Part shown: one piece after another, positions 1 through 9,600 of the stretch
How positions within the stretch are numbered: position 1 is the first letter of the stretch
Layout: each line of letters opens with the position of its first letter
IMG/VR virus record: IMGVR_UViG_2703719355_000022
Location: 1 to 38,200 of that record
Origin: a virus
Lineage: Duplodnaviria; Heunggongvirae; Uroviricota; Caudoviricetes
Length of the DNA: 38,200 nt
Strand: one strand, 5' to 3'
Notes under the pieces: model-generated
Database searches by the model: none
What the model saw: the letters and a program-made list of their open reading frames with translations, nothing else
Told to the model about the DNA's origin: nothing
Position numbers and translations under genes: made by a program

Positions 1-124
1 TATCGAATCGTAATTATGTGCAGATGATTCGGCAGTCTATATCAGTTGTTAAAAATGACAACTTTTCGTTAACTGTAATTAAACCATCACCAGCGATAAC
101 TCTTTGCCAAGCGCCTTTGCCGCA

Positions 125-159
<35 letters not shown>

Positions 160-234
160 GTTAAATAGGCGAGTAATCTCCTGTTTAGGTTTGCCTAATA
201 TAATGCCCCCACAATAACACGAGGGGGTACAACA

Positions 235-507
235 ATGAACATCGGTAAAGCAATCATCAACTACGCAGCACGTCGCAACATGGACATTACCTTGATTGAC
301 GATGAGACCGTGGCGTTCTGGGAAGCGGATAACGATTGTGAATGGATGTTCTCCTACATGATTGGTAATGATGGTTTCCTCCACTTTAAAGGGAATGTGT
401 ATCTGCCGCAGGATATTAAAGAAGAATTACCAGCGTGCATCGATACAGACAAGAAGCTGAAAGAAGTAATCAACTTTATCGCTAAAGAGTTTATCAGCAA
501 GAAGTAA
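235..507 (+). CDS. hypothetical protein (90 aa)
   Basis: ORF with ATG at 235 preceded by GAGGGGG ribosome-binding motif; no recognisable domain. Confidence 0.5.
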   Translation: MNIGKAIINYAARRNMDITLIDDETVAFWEADNDCEWMFSYMIGNDGFLHFKGNVYLPQDIKEELPACIDTDKKLKEVINFIAKEFISKK

Positions 508-944
508 TGTCTAATTTGGCGGGTACTATTCCCGCCGATTTAAACGGAATACAGACAATGTTCAATATTATGACTCGTAAATTTGGTGAGATGACTTTCG
601 AGAAAGCTGGTGTTGCTCGTACCGAAGAAGAAGCAATGGCCTTAGTTCTGGTAGCACTGAGATCATCAACTGAGATTATCGACGCTGAATATGTAGCCGC
701 AGAAGGTGAGATTAACGAGGTTAAAGCGGTGGCTAAGGAATTAGGTGTTAAAGGTTTCCGTAAGCTGAGACTATCCCGCGAGTCATATGTAATTGGTAAG
801 CAAGGACAATACCTAGATGAGAATACCGTGATTGTTCTACTGAATAAGATTACCCGCTACGGTTGGAAGATTGAGCAATATAAAACGTGTTTCGAATTAT
901 ACGAAAAAGGTTTGCTGGATACTCTGACCATCGTTCGCGCTTAA
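507..944 (+). CDS. hypothetical protein (145 aa; true start may be ATG at 558)
   Basis: ORF whose ATG overlaps the upstream TAA (TAATG); a hairpin repeat element covers the first codons so a downstream start is possible; no recognisable domain. Confidence 0.45.
   Translation: MSNLAGTIPADLNGIQTMFNIMTRKFGEMTFEKAGVARTEEEAMALVLVALRSSTEIIDAEYVAAEGEINEVKAVAKELGVKGFRKLRLSRESYVIGKQGQYLDENTVIVLLNKITRYGWKIEQYKTCFELYEKGLLDTLTIVRA
510..536 (+). repeat. intercistronic hairpin repeat copy 1 (TCTAATTTGGCGGGTACTATTCCCGCC)
   Basis: Stem GGCGGG/CCCGCC with 7-nt loop directly after the TAA of ORF 235-507; near-identical copy at 951-977. Confidence 0.6.
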
Positions 945-950
945 TTAATT

Positions 951-977
951 TCTAATTTGGTGGGTGTAATTCCCGCC
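951..977 (+). repeat. intercistronic hairpin repeat copy 2 (TCTAATTTGGTGGGTGTAATTCCCGCC)
   Basis: Same 27-nt element with stem GGTGGG/CCCGCC, located directly after the TAA of ORF 507-944. Confidence 0.6.
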
Positions 978-1073
978 CTATTCAACCATGAAATTATTAG
1001 AGCTACTTATTCTTAGCATTTTAGCGCGTTTTTTCTCGCTGTTTATATTGTTGTTATTGTTTAGGAGAATCAA

Positions 1074-1199
1074 ATGAAACAGTTTCATGATGGTATTTCA
1101 TCTAAGACATTCAAGAAAGAATATAGCGGAGCGTGTATTAACTGGAGTGATTTAATTGGAGCGGTTGTGTTTGGTCTGGTAATTAGCATTAACTTTTAA
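1074..1199 (+). CDS. small hydrophobic peptide (41 aa, MKQFHDGISSKTFKKEYSGACINWSDLIGAVVFGLVISINF)
   Basis: Not in the ORF track (below its size cutoff); ATG at 1074 with AGGAG 6 nt upstream; C-terminal hydrophobic stretch LIGAVVFGLVISINF; followed by hairpin plus T-run at 1214-1250. Confidence 0.4.
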   Translation: MKQFHDGISSKTFKKEYSGACINWSDLIGAVVFGLVISINF

Positions 1200-1213
1200 T
1201 CTTTAATCACCTA

Positions 1214-1250
1214 GCCCCTATCGTTATAATACGCGGTAGGGGCGTTTTTG
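1214..1250 (+). terminator. putative rho-independent terminator (stem GCCCCTA/TAGGGGC then TTTTT)
   Basis: Inverted repeat 1214-1220 / 1237-1243 followed by T-run 1245-1249; the loop is large so strength is uncertain. Confidence 0.45.
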
Positions 1251-1262
1251 TTTGGAAATGGT

Positions 1263-2942
1263 ATGAAAACTAAACTGTATTCGTATATTCGCTTCTCTTC
1301 AATGAAGCAAGCGGATGGTAGTTCTTATGAACGCCAAAAGAGAACAGCCGCAGAGATAGCCGCAAAATATGACCTTGAACTGGTTACAAGCTATCAGGAT
1401 TTTGGTGTATCTGCATTCAAAGGGGCTAACAGTAGAACAGGTGCATTATCTCGTTTTCTGGATGAGATTGGTCGATCTATTCCGGTTGGTAGCTGGCTGG
1501 TTGTGGAAAACTTGGACCGTATCTCTCGCCAATCCATCATTGAAGCACAAGAGCTATTTCTCTCGATTATCCGTAGGGGAATAACTATCGTAACTGGCAT
1601 GGATGGTAAGGTCTATAGCAAGGAATCGGTTAATGCCAATCCTATTGATTTGCTATTGAGTGTCATGTTGTTTGCGAGAGCTAACGAGGAAAGCCAGACT
1701 AAGCGCAATCGTACTAACTCAAGCGCACTGATTAAGATTAAAGCTCATCAAGAAAATCCACAAAATCCGGCTGTTGCAATCGAGGAAATTGGAAAGAATA
1801 TGTGGTGGACTGATACCACTTCCGGTTATGTGTGTCCCGATCCGGTCTTCTTCCCTATTGTTCAGGAGGTTGTGGAATTACGCAGGAATGGACGGTCTAC
1901 CGCCGAGATACTGGATCACCTTAACGCGACATATACACCACCACCAGCCGCAAGTCACAAGAGGCATTCAAACTGGTCACGAGCAATGATTGAAAGGTTG
2001 TTCCATACCCGCGCTTTGATTGGTATCAAGGAAATCTCTGTAGATGGCGTTAAGTATGAGTTAAAGGATTATTACCCTCGTGTGCTAGATGACGCTGAGT
2101 TTTATCACCTTAAGAAAAGCATTGGTGTTAGAGCATGTAACTATGGAGACAAAGAAGAAGCTAAACCGATCCCCCTGCTTAGTGGTGTTAATCTGCTGAA
2201 ATGTGAACATTGCGGTTCCGCTATGGTTAAGGTGAAAGGAACTAACAAACGTCCTAACCAATATCGTTATTCATGCGATGCAATGCGCTCTAGTCGTATT
2301 GCATGTGTGCATACAAACTGGAGTTTTCGAGGTGATCAATTAGAGAAAGCTGTATTGCAATTGCTGGCTGATAAAATCTGGATTGCTGAGGATAAGGCTA
2401 ATCCGGTTCCGGCTTTGAAAGTACAGATTGATGAAATATCACGCAAGATTGATAACCTGATTACCCTTTCTGCTATGACAGGAGCAACGAAGGAGTTAGC
2501 CGACCAGATTACTACCCTCAATAGCGAGCGTGAAACACTCTACAATCAGATTAAGATGGCAGAAGAGGAAATGTATTCTGTGGACTCTCAAGGCTGGGAG
2601 AAGCTCGCAGAATTTGATTTAGAAGATGTTTATAACGAGGATCGCATTAAGGTCCGGTTTAAGATTAAGCAAGCTCTAAAACGGATCGGGTGTAGCAGGA
2701 TTGACAAATACAAAAACTTGTTTGTACTGGAATACATTGATGGTAAGACCCAGAGAGTTGTAATAGAAAATTCAAGAGGACCGAGGAAAGGCCGGATCTT
2801 CGTTGATTTGAAGACCATCAATGATAGGCAGATTCTGGAGAGTAACGGGCTTGTTTTGCATCCATGTTTAGACATGCTGACAGATAAGAACTGGAAACCA
2901 GAAGAGGAAATACCAGGTCCATTACAGGAATTTGGAATTTAA
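1263..2942 (+). CDS. large serine recombinase (integrase/resolvase family)
   Basis: N-terminal resolvase-type catalytic motif YSYIRFSSMKQ...RQ, about 560 aa, Cys-rich zinc-ribbon-like segment CEHCGS...YRYSCDAMRSSRIACVH, C-terminal coiled coil; first ATG at 1263 (track start at 1248 is TTG). Confidence 0.85.
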   Translation: MKTKLYSYIRFSSMKQADGSSYERQKRTAAEIAAKYDLELVTSYQDFGVSAFKGANSRTGALSRFLDEIGRSIPVGSWLVVENLDRISRQSIIEAQELFLSIIRRGITIVTGMDGKVYSKESVNANPIDLLLSVMLFARANEESQTKRNRTNSSALIKIKAHQENPQNPAVAIEEIGKNMWWTDTTSGYVCPDPVFFPIVQEVVELRRNGRSTAEILDHLNATYTPPPAASHKRHSNWSRAMIERLFHTRALIGIKEISVDGVKYELKDYYPRVLDDAEFYHLKKSIGVRACNYGDKEEAKPIPLLSGVNLLKCEHCGSAMVKVKGTNKRPNQYRYSCDAMRSSRIACVHTNWSFRGDQLEKAVLQLLADKIWIAEDKANPVPALKVQIDEISRKIDNLITLSAMTGATKELADQITTLNSERETLYNQIKMAEEEMYSVDSQGWEKLAEFDLEDVYNEDRIKVRFKIKQALKRIGCSRIDKYKNLFVLEYIDGKTQRVVIENSRGPRKGRIFVDLKTINDRQILESNGLVLHPCLDMLTDKNWKPEEEIPGPLQEFGI

Positions 2943-2978
2943 GCGGCCTAAATCGACGTATAACGAGCTAAAACAGTT

Positions 2979-3008
2979 AAGGGGTACAGATGTACCCCTT
3001 TTTAATTT
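2979..3008 (+). terminator. rho-independent terminator after the recombinase gene
   Basis: GGGGTAC-AGAT-GTACCCC hairpin followed by TTTTTAATTT. Confidence 0.65.
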
Positions 3009-3218
3009 AATTGCGTTAGGCAGCGTAAGCAAGTTTCATAGTAGTTTCCTCTAAAATAATAAGTTCACTACTATTTATCAGAGAAAATTGTCTTACTATT
3101 GCATTCTCTATCTGGATGTGGGTATAGGCGGGATTGAATACGGCAAAACTGAAACATTCCACTACTGCAATAAATCACTAAACAATATAAAGAATATTGC
3201 AAGTGTGGAGTGGAACTA

Positions 3219-4709
3219 ATGCAAGATATTAAAATTCATTTTCAAGATTACAGTTTCGTTAAGGTTGATTGCTCTCCTTCTATCGGAATGGAATTAAGAG
3301 ATTATTTCTCGTTTGAGGTTGAAGGGGCTAGGTTTAGCCCCCGTTACAAGTATTCTGGCTGGGATGGACGAATAAGACTGTTTACGCATGAAAACACCCT
3401 ACCAATTGGACTATTAAAAACGTTGGGTGTCTTTGTTAAAAATATGGGCTATTCAGTCTGGATTGACCCGCGATTGCTTGAGAAGGAAGATGTAACCAAA
3501 GACGCGATTAATGAATGGATTGATTCCCTAGAAGTGTATTCCGGTTCCAATAAAATCAATCCTTACTGGTATCAGCGTGAAGCAGTCTTTCTGGGTATTC
3601 ATAATCGCCGTAGAATGCTGGTTCTTCCTACCAGTGCCGGAAAGTCATTGATTGCTTGTATGCTGTCTCGCTGGTACTTAGAGCATTACACCGGAAAAAT
3701 TCTAATCATTGTTCCGACTACATCGCTAGTGGTTCAAATGAGGGATGATTTCATCGATTATAGGCTATTCCCTTATGAAGCAATTCATACAATGATGAGT
3801 GGTAGCGGGAAACATCCGGGAGATAGGCTAATCACTGTTTCAACATGGCAATCAGCTTGCAAGATGCCTCCTGAATGGTTCCGACAATATGGAATGTTGA
3901 TAGTTGATGAATCACATAAGGCTAGTGCCAAAAATATTACCAATATCATCAATGGAATGAATCATTGCCAGTTCAAAATCGGTATGACTGGTTCCCCGAA
4001 AGAATCAAAATGCCATTTAATGCAGTATGTCGGGCTTTTCGGTGATATTTCTAAGATCGTTAGCATTGACCGCCTGATGGAAGAAGGTCAAGTGACGAAA
4101 CTGAAAATCAACTGTCTTTTCCTTCGTTATACCGATGAGGAATGTAGCGCGGTTAAGGGTAGAGAATATGCGGAAGAGATCAAGTATATTACGTCTAACC
4201 CACGACGTAATAAGTTTGCTTGTAATTTGGCGCTAAAACTCGCTAAGAAGGGCGAAAACGTATTCCTGATGTTCCGCAATACTAAGCACGGAAAACTTAT
4301 GTATGATGCGTTACAGAAGGTACACGACAAGGTTTATTATATTGACGGTGGAGTTAAGACAGAAGAACGAGACGAGTTCAAAAAATTAGCGGAAGGGGAA
4401 ACAGGGATCATTTGCGTTGCATCCTATGGTGTGTTCTCTACTGGTGTTTCTATCAAGAACTTGCACCATGTTATTTTCGGGCATCCAGTTAAAGAATCAA
4501 CCATTGTTAGACAGAGTATCGGTCGTGCATTGCGCAAACATGGTTCTAAGGATATTGCTACCGTTTGGGATCTTATAGATCATCTGTGTATATTCGGTCG
4601 TAACGGAAAAATCAAGCATAAAAATTATGCGGTAAAACATGCACTTGAGAGAATCCGCTATTATTTGACCGACAAGTTCAGCTATGCAACTAAAACAATT
4701 GCTATATAA
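3219..4709 (+). CDS. uvsW: UvsW-like superfamily-2 DNA helicase
   Basis: N-terminus MQDIKIHFQDYSFVKVDCS...GWDGRIRL and motifs LVLPTSAGKS (Walker A-like), IVDESH (DExH), VASYGVFSTG, WDLIDH match my recollection of T4 UvsW along the whole length; ATG at 3219 with GGAG upstream. Confidence 0.85.
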   Translation: MQDIKIHFQDYSFVKVDCSPSIGMELRDYFSFEVEGARFSPRYKYSGWDGRIRLFTHENTLPIGLLKTLGVFVKNMGYSVWIDPRLLEKEDVTKDAINEWIDSLEVYSGSNKINPYWYQREAVFLGIHNRRRMLVLPTSAGKSLIACMLSRWYLEHYTGKILIIVPTTSLVVQMRDDFIDYRLFPYEAIHTMMSGSGKHPGDRLITVSTWQSACKMPPEWFRQYGMLIVDESHKASAKNITNIINGMNHCQFKIGMTGSPKESKCHLMQYVGLFGDISKIVSIDRLMEEGQVTKLKINCLFLRYTDEECSAVKGREYAEEIKYITSNPRRNKFACNLALKLAKKGENVFLMFRNTKHGKLMYDALQKVHDKVYYIDGGVKTEERDEFKKLAEGETGIICVASYGVFSTGVSIKNLHHVIFGHPVKESTIVRQSIGRALRKHGSKDIATVWDLIDHLCIFGRNGKIKHKNYAVKHALERIRYYLTDKFSYATKTIAI

Positions 4710-4744
4710 CAAAAAAAGCGCCCACTAGAGGCGCTTTAATTTTA
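4710..4744. terminator. bidirectional rho-independent terminator between convergent helicase and endolysin genes
   Basis: AGCGCC-7 nt loop-GGCGCT hairpin flanked by an A-run upstream and a T-rich run downstream. Confidence 0.6.
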
Positions 4745-5095
4745 TCCATGCCAGCGTGATTTTTTTGACCTGCTGTCGATGTGTGTAAAGGTTTTATATT
4801 TGCCTAAGCCGTATTGATTAGGATATTTCCCGTCAAGATAAGCATGGACAATATCAGGCGAGACGCCTTTCACTACAATATCAACCGCACGGCCTCGAAC
4901 ATGGTAGCTATTGGTTGCACCGCCTACATTCTTGTTATGAGTCGGACAACGGTTCCCGCTGTTAATAATTACTGGTTTCCCGAAGTGTTCGCGTACATCC
5001 TCAAGAATTACCAGCAGTTCAGCGTCGATAGTATCATAATCACATTTTCCGCATTTACATTTAAATTCCTTGCGAGAAAAATGCTTGCTTAACAT
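4742..5095 (-). CDS. peptidase M15-family cell-wall hydrolase (putative endolysin)
   Basis: Motifs HFSRKEF, SGNRCPTHN, SYHVRGRAVD and FTHID typical of zinc D-Ala-D-Ala carboxypeptidase-like phage lysins; first ATG at 5095 preceded by AAGGGGG (track start at 5131 is TTG). Confidence 0.6.
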   Translation of the reverse strand: MLSKHFSRKEFKCKCGKCDYDTIDAELLVILEDVREHFGKPVIINSGNRCPTHNKNVGGATNSYHVRGRAVDIVVKGVSPDIVHAYLDGKYPNQYGLGKYKTFTHIDSRSKKSRWHG

Positions 5096-5105
5096 ATTAC
5101 CCCCT

Positions 5106-5453
5106 TTAGATGTATTGCATAAGATACCCAATAAATCTGAGTCCCTTAATGTAATAAGGTGCTGTGCCTATGCATACCGCTCGTGCATCACCAATACAAT
5201 TGAAGTTGTAAGGGTTAACTACATCAATCTCCTGCCCTACACGGAAGCGGTATTTAGGACGTTTAGCGAGTGTCGCAACACAAAACACTAACCCATTACC
5301 ATCATCGCGGATCATTTGCTTGAATTGTTTATGCTTTACTCTCTTCGCCTCGTAATCAAGTGTCATTGATTCAGGGCTAATGCCATTGATAAAAATACCG
5401 GAAAGCTGGTCGACCGGATAAGTAGGAAATTCAGTGAAAATATTTTTAGCCAT
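5106..5453 (-). CDS. hypothetical protein (115 aa)
   Basis: ORF with GGGGG ribosome-binding motif 5 nt upstream of the ATG; no recognised domain. Confidence 0.45.
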   Translation of the reverse strand: MAKNIFTEFPTYPVDQLSGIFINGISPESMTLDYEAKRVKHKQFKQMIRDDGNGLVFCVATLAKRPKYRFRVGQEIDVVNPYNFNCIGDARAVCIGTAPYYIKGLRFIGYLMQYI

Positions 5454-5491
5454 GTTATACCCCCATAAGATTCTATGAGGGTATTTATGGA

Positions 5492-6097
5492 TTAAACGAA
5501 GTTGATTTTACCCATGAAGTGCTTTTTCATCTTCTTCTGGATATTCTTCTTCATCGTTTTCTCATTATCTTTCCAACTACCCATGATGTTACTACGGTCT
5601 GTTTTCTTCAACACTGCAACAAGTCGCTTCCCTAGCTTTTTCTTGTTCTTCATGTCGGCTTTAACGGATGGATCGAGAAGCAGTATTTTACCAGTCTTAG
5701 ATTTTGTGGTTACATACTTCCCTATTTTCTTACCGTTTCTGAGTTGTGGAATGTTACCAAACTGGTTAGTTCGGTCATCAGTTACAGGAACAAATTTCTC
5801 AATATTATTACCACCTTCAAAGTAATATTTTAAGTATTTTTCCTGATTCTTCATGATGAAAACACTATGGTAAGACGTTTTACCGCTTGAGCGTATCCGG
5901 TTGTATGAATTGACCGCTTTCTGTGTGAACTTGGTCGGTCGATCTATCCTTGAATTGACTTTCTTCTGCAACTTTACCCGCTCATCTATGACCGCTAAAC
6001 CCAAATCCCTATGAAAGCTATTACTAGCTTTCTGTTTCCAACTCTTGATATCTTTTTTTACTTTATCAATATTGGATGTGATTATTGGATTAGCCAT
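5492..6097 (-). CDS. hypothetical lysine-rich basic protein (201 aa)
   Basis: ORF with AGGGGG ribosome-binding motif; very Lys-rich composition; function unknown. Confidence 0.45.
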   Translation of the reverse strand: MANPIITSNIDKVKKDIKSWKQKASNSFHRDLGLAVIDERVKLQKKVNSRIDRPTKFTQKAVNSYNRIRSSGKTSYHSVFIMKNQEKYLKYYFEGGNNIEKFVPVTDDRTNQFGNIPQLRNGKKIGKYVTTKSKTGKILLLDPSVKADMKNKKKLGKRLVAVLKKTDRSNIMGSWKDNEKTMKKNIQKKMKKHFMGKINFV

Positions 6098-6098
6098 G

Positions 6099-6269
6099 TT
6101 AGCCCCCTAATAACGAAAAGACCCCCGCCAGTGTCCTGAGTAATTGTTCATCCACGGTCATAGCCGGGAGTTCAAGCCCAAAGGACGTAAGCAGAGGTCT
6201 AATTGCTACGTTATAAGTGAGGGCGATAATCAAGAGATAACCAAAATATTTCTTAAGTTTATTCTTCAT
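6099..6269 (-). CDS. small membrane protein (56 aa), possibly lysis-associated
   Basis: Internal ATG at 6269 with AAGGGGTG upstream; N-terminal hydrophobic helix YFGYLLIIALTYNVAI; no lipobox. Confidence 0.35.
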   Translation of the reverse strand: MKNKLKKYFGYLLIIALTYNVAIRPLLTSFGLELPAMTVDEQLLRTLAGVFSLLGG

Positions 6270-6288
6270 ATATTCACCCCTTTTATTA

Positions 6289-6567
6289 TTATTTTTGTCT
6301 AAGTAAATCGATAACTTGGTCAAATTTGGCGTCCATCGCAACCACTTTCTTCTCTATACCGTGTAGTGTTTGTTCCATTTGGTAAACACGTTCAGCAATC
6401 TGAGTATGGTTATTCTGCATCGTCTCAAACTTCTGGTTTAACAATGCGTCGCTGGATTCCAATTTCGACAATCTATTTTCAGTTGCTAATTGATTTCGGT
6501 GAAGTCTCCAAAGACCACCACAAATTAAGGCGATAACACCGATACCGCCATATATAATTTCAGTCAT
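6289..6567 (-). CDS. membrane protein with one N-terminal TM helix and a coiled coil (holin- or i-spanin-like)
   Basis: N-terminal IIYGGIGVIALICGGLW followed by heptad-like charged region; position between tail tip gene and lysin. Confidence 0.4.
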   Translation of the reverse strand: MTEIIYGGIGVIALICGGLWRLHRNQLATENRLSKLESSDALLNQKFETMQNNHTQIAERVYQMEQTLHGIEKKVVAMDAKFDQVIDLLRQK

Positions 6568-6672
6568 TACGCCCCCGATATTTTTATATAGTTTAATGGC
6601 AAAATTATTTAGATAAAAATAATCCCACCTAACCCAAAAGAATTAAGTGGGATTAATTATTAAAATTAAATT

Positions 6673-9600
6673 TTAAGAAACAGTAATACCAGTAGTGGCT
6701 TTTTTAGTTACCATTACTGTTAAATCACTGATCCATGTGCTAGGCGTCCAGTTGTTGATTGCGCTTGATTGCACTTCAAAGGTCAAGGTCACAGCACCTT
6801 TACCCGCTGGCATATCAATAACACCTGAGTAAAGACCAGTATTACCGCCATACGCCCTATTATACAACTCTGACCCATTCTTACGAACAATCAGGCGACA
6901 GGTGTCGTAATAGGTATTATTGTTCGACCCTTCACGCGCTCGCAATCCACCAAAACTAACAGCCGGAATAACGATTTGACGATCGAACTTGTGATCATCT
7001 TCAACGCGAACAGTGACCGTTCCCTGTGGATAACCAGCATAACCATTATCAACGTTAACATCACGATGCGGGAACTTACGTCCAATCACCTTAACGAAAT
7101 CACCCTTAACCTGAGTAGCTTCAAGCATACCCTTAATAACACAGCTAGAGTTAATCGTGACGTTGTTCAGAGTACCAGAATCAGCCGTGATATTACCTTT
7201 AACGGTAGCGTTCATGAACGTAGCGGACCCGTTCTTGTTGATATGCCATCCGGTCGATCCGTTCCAGTCGGAAGACTGGATATAGTTACCGATTTTAGCG
7301 TTATCAATTGCACCGTTTACGATCTTGGCATTGGTGATCGCGCCGTCTTGGATTTTCGCTGAATTGATCGCAGCATTGCCGATTTTAGCCGTGGTAATCG
7401 CCGCATCATTAATCTGGGCTGTACCAATTGCAGCATTACGAATCATCGCATTATCGAGATAAACCTTGTTACCTTCGATACCAAACGGGCATACTTCCGA
7501 TCCGTTCTGTGGAGCTACCGCGATTTTATCAGCATTAAAGATGATTCTCGTCGGTTGCGCCGGATCGTTGGTTGCGCTCATGTGAATACCAGCCACGCGA
7601 CCATCTGCATTAACTGCCAGATTATATTTGCTGTTAATGGTTCCTTTCAAAGCATCGATTTTTACATCTGCTTCCTGATTCACGCCAGCAATCTTGCCAT
7701 CCATTTCTACCCGAACTTGATCAATCTTGCTTGCGCTTGCTGCCTCACTGGTAGCAATTGCTTGTTTCAGGGTAGTAGCAGATGCGCTGACTTCGGATTT
7801 AATATCGCCTTTCAGTTCAGCTTTAACCTGATCAATCTTAGTGGAGCTAGCTTGCTCGCTGGTAGCAATCAGACTCTTTAAGGTATCGGCTGAGGCTTGA
7901 ACAGTTTTACCCGTCTCGGTAGTGATTTGCTTATGCATTGCATCAATTTTAGCATCGGCATTAGCGCCAGCTTGAGCAATAGCATCCGCGATAGTTTCAT
8001 CTAAGCGGTCTTGTAAACCAATCAGGTCTTCCAGTGCTTCTTTGTCCTGATCGTCCCAGCTAATTGTAGATCTCATTTGCATGAAATAAGGTTCAGACCA
8101 AACAGCATCATCCATACCGAAAATATCGTAATGTGCCGCACGAAGATAATAATCACCATCAGCCAAATCAAAGGAAGTATGGCTAACACTATTCGTGCTT
8201 ACTGCCCTTGCATCGGAGAAAGTGTTATCGGTTGCATACTGGATGATTGACCCTGCATAATCATGTTCTACGTCATCTGCCCAGCTAACAAACACACTAT
8301 TAAAGCCACCACGCGCACTAAAACCTTTCATTGGCTTATGTTGTGGGTTGATAGCCACTAAACGCGCTGGGGCGCTCTCTGAGTTGTTATAGCCCTTAGC
8401 CGATACTTCTACCGTCAGTTGACGCGAAAGGCCGTTAAACTGGTTCATATCAAGCGTATAAGTCCATGATTCAGGATCGCGGGTACGGTACTGAATAGAC
8501 TTACCAGCCTTGTTAGTCACCTTGATAATGTATGCTTCAAACAGGTCACTAAACTTGTTAGTTTCACCGTTGATCTCAACATCTAATTGTTGCTGATTTT
8601 CCCATTCGATAATCAGATCATTACCTTCGAAAGTCCCTGGCGTGCTACCCTGATTTTTGATTCGAATAACCGGAGTCGGCAATTCATAGGTAACAGTCGG
8701 ATTCTGGTTAATCAGTTCTACCCAATCGGATCGAGCGATGATACCGAAAGCACAAACTCGGTAATCGTAAGAGCGATCTTTTGCCAGTGCATTGACATTG
8801 AAGATTTGCTGTGAAGTCTGTCCCAGCTTAATCCAGTTAGGTGATCCGCTTACACGGTAATCAATCTGGAAACCATAACGGTTAAAATCTTCCGGTGCAT
8901 CCCATGTCAAAGTAACGTTTTTACCGTAAATCGTCTCGCCAGTTGCCTTAATTCTGAAATTAGTAGGCTTCTGTAATGTCATTGAATCCGGTAAACCACT
9001 TGGTCTATTGTCCGGTTTAGCCGCATAATCCAGATCTGTGTAAATCTGAGAATTATATTCTGTGGCGGTGATAGACAAAATACCAGCAATACCAGAATCA
9101 ATGCTACGCTCAATAGAGATAATACGCCAAAGTGAATTATTCAGTTTCAATTCATCGTGGGTAACGCTGATAACGTCCCAAACTTCCGCGCTGAATGCAT
9201 CGGTAGTAGTGAAGTTGATAACCTGAGTAATACGAGATTTATTTCGTTCAATGCTCGCTAATTTGTCAATCTGGTTTTCATCTTTAACAAAGCGATATTC
9301 TACGTCTTTAGCAATAATGCGCCCATCTTGACGGATAGTAGCATCATTTTCAGCATCAGCCGGATAACGTAGCATTTGCTCTGAATAGTCTAAAGATGGT
9401 TCCTGATAGATTGCGTTAATGGTATTGAAATAACCGTTAGTGCCACCTGTTTTCAGGTTAACTTTCCCCATCATTATATTGTCTTCATTGAAGGTATGTT
9501 TAACAATATCAGGAGCATCCAGTTTCAGTGTAATACGTCCAAAGGATTCAAACATTACCCCGCCGAAAGTCTGCATCAATCCGGTCAAGTTCTCTTTAAA

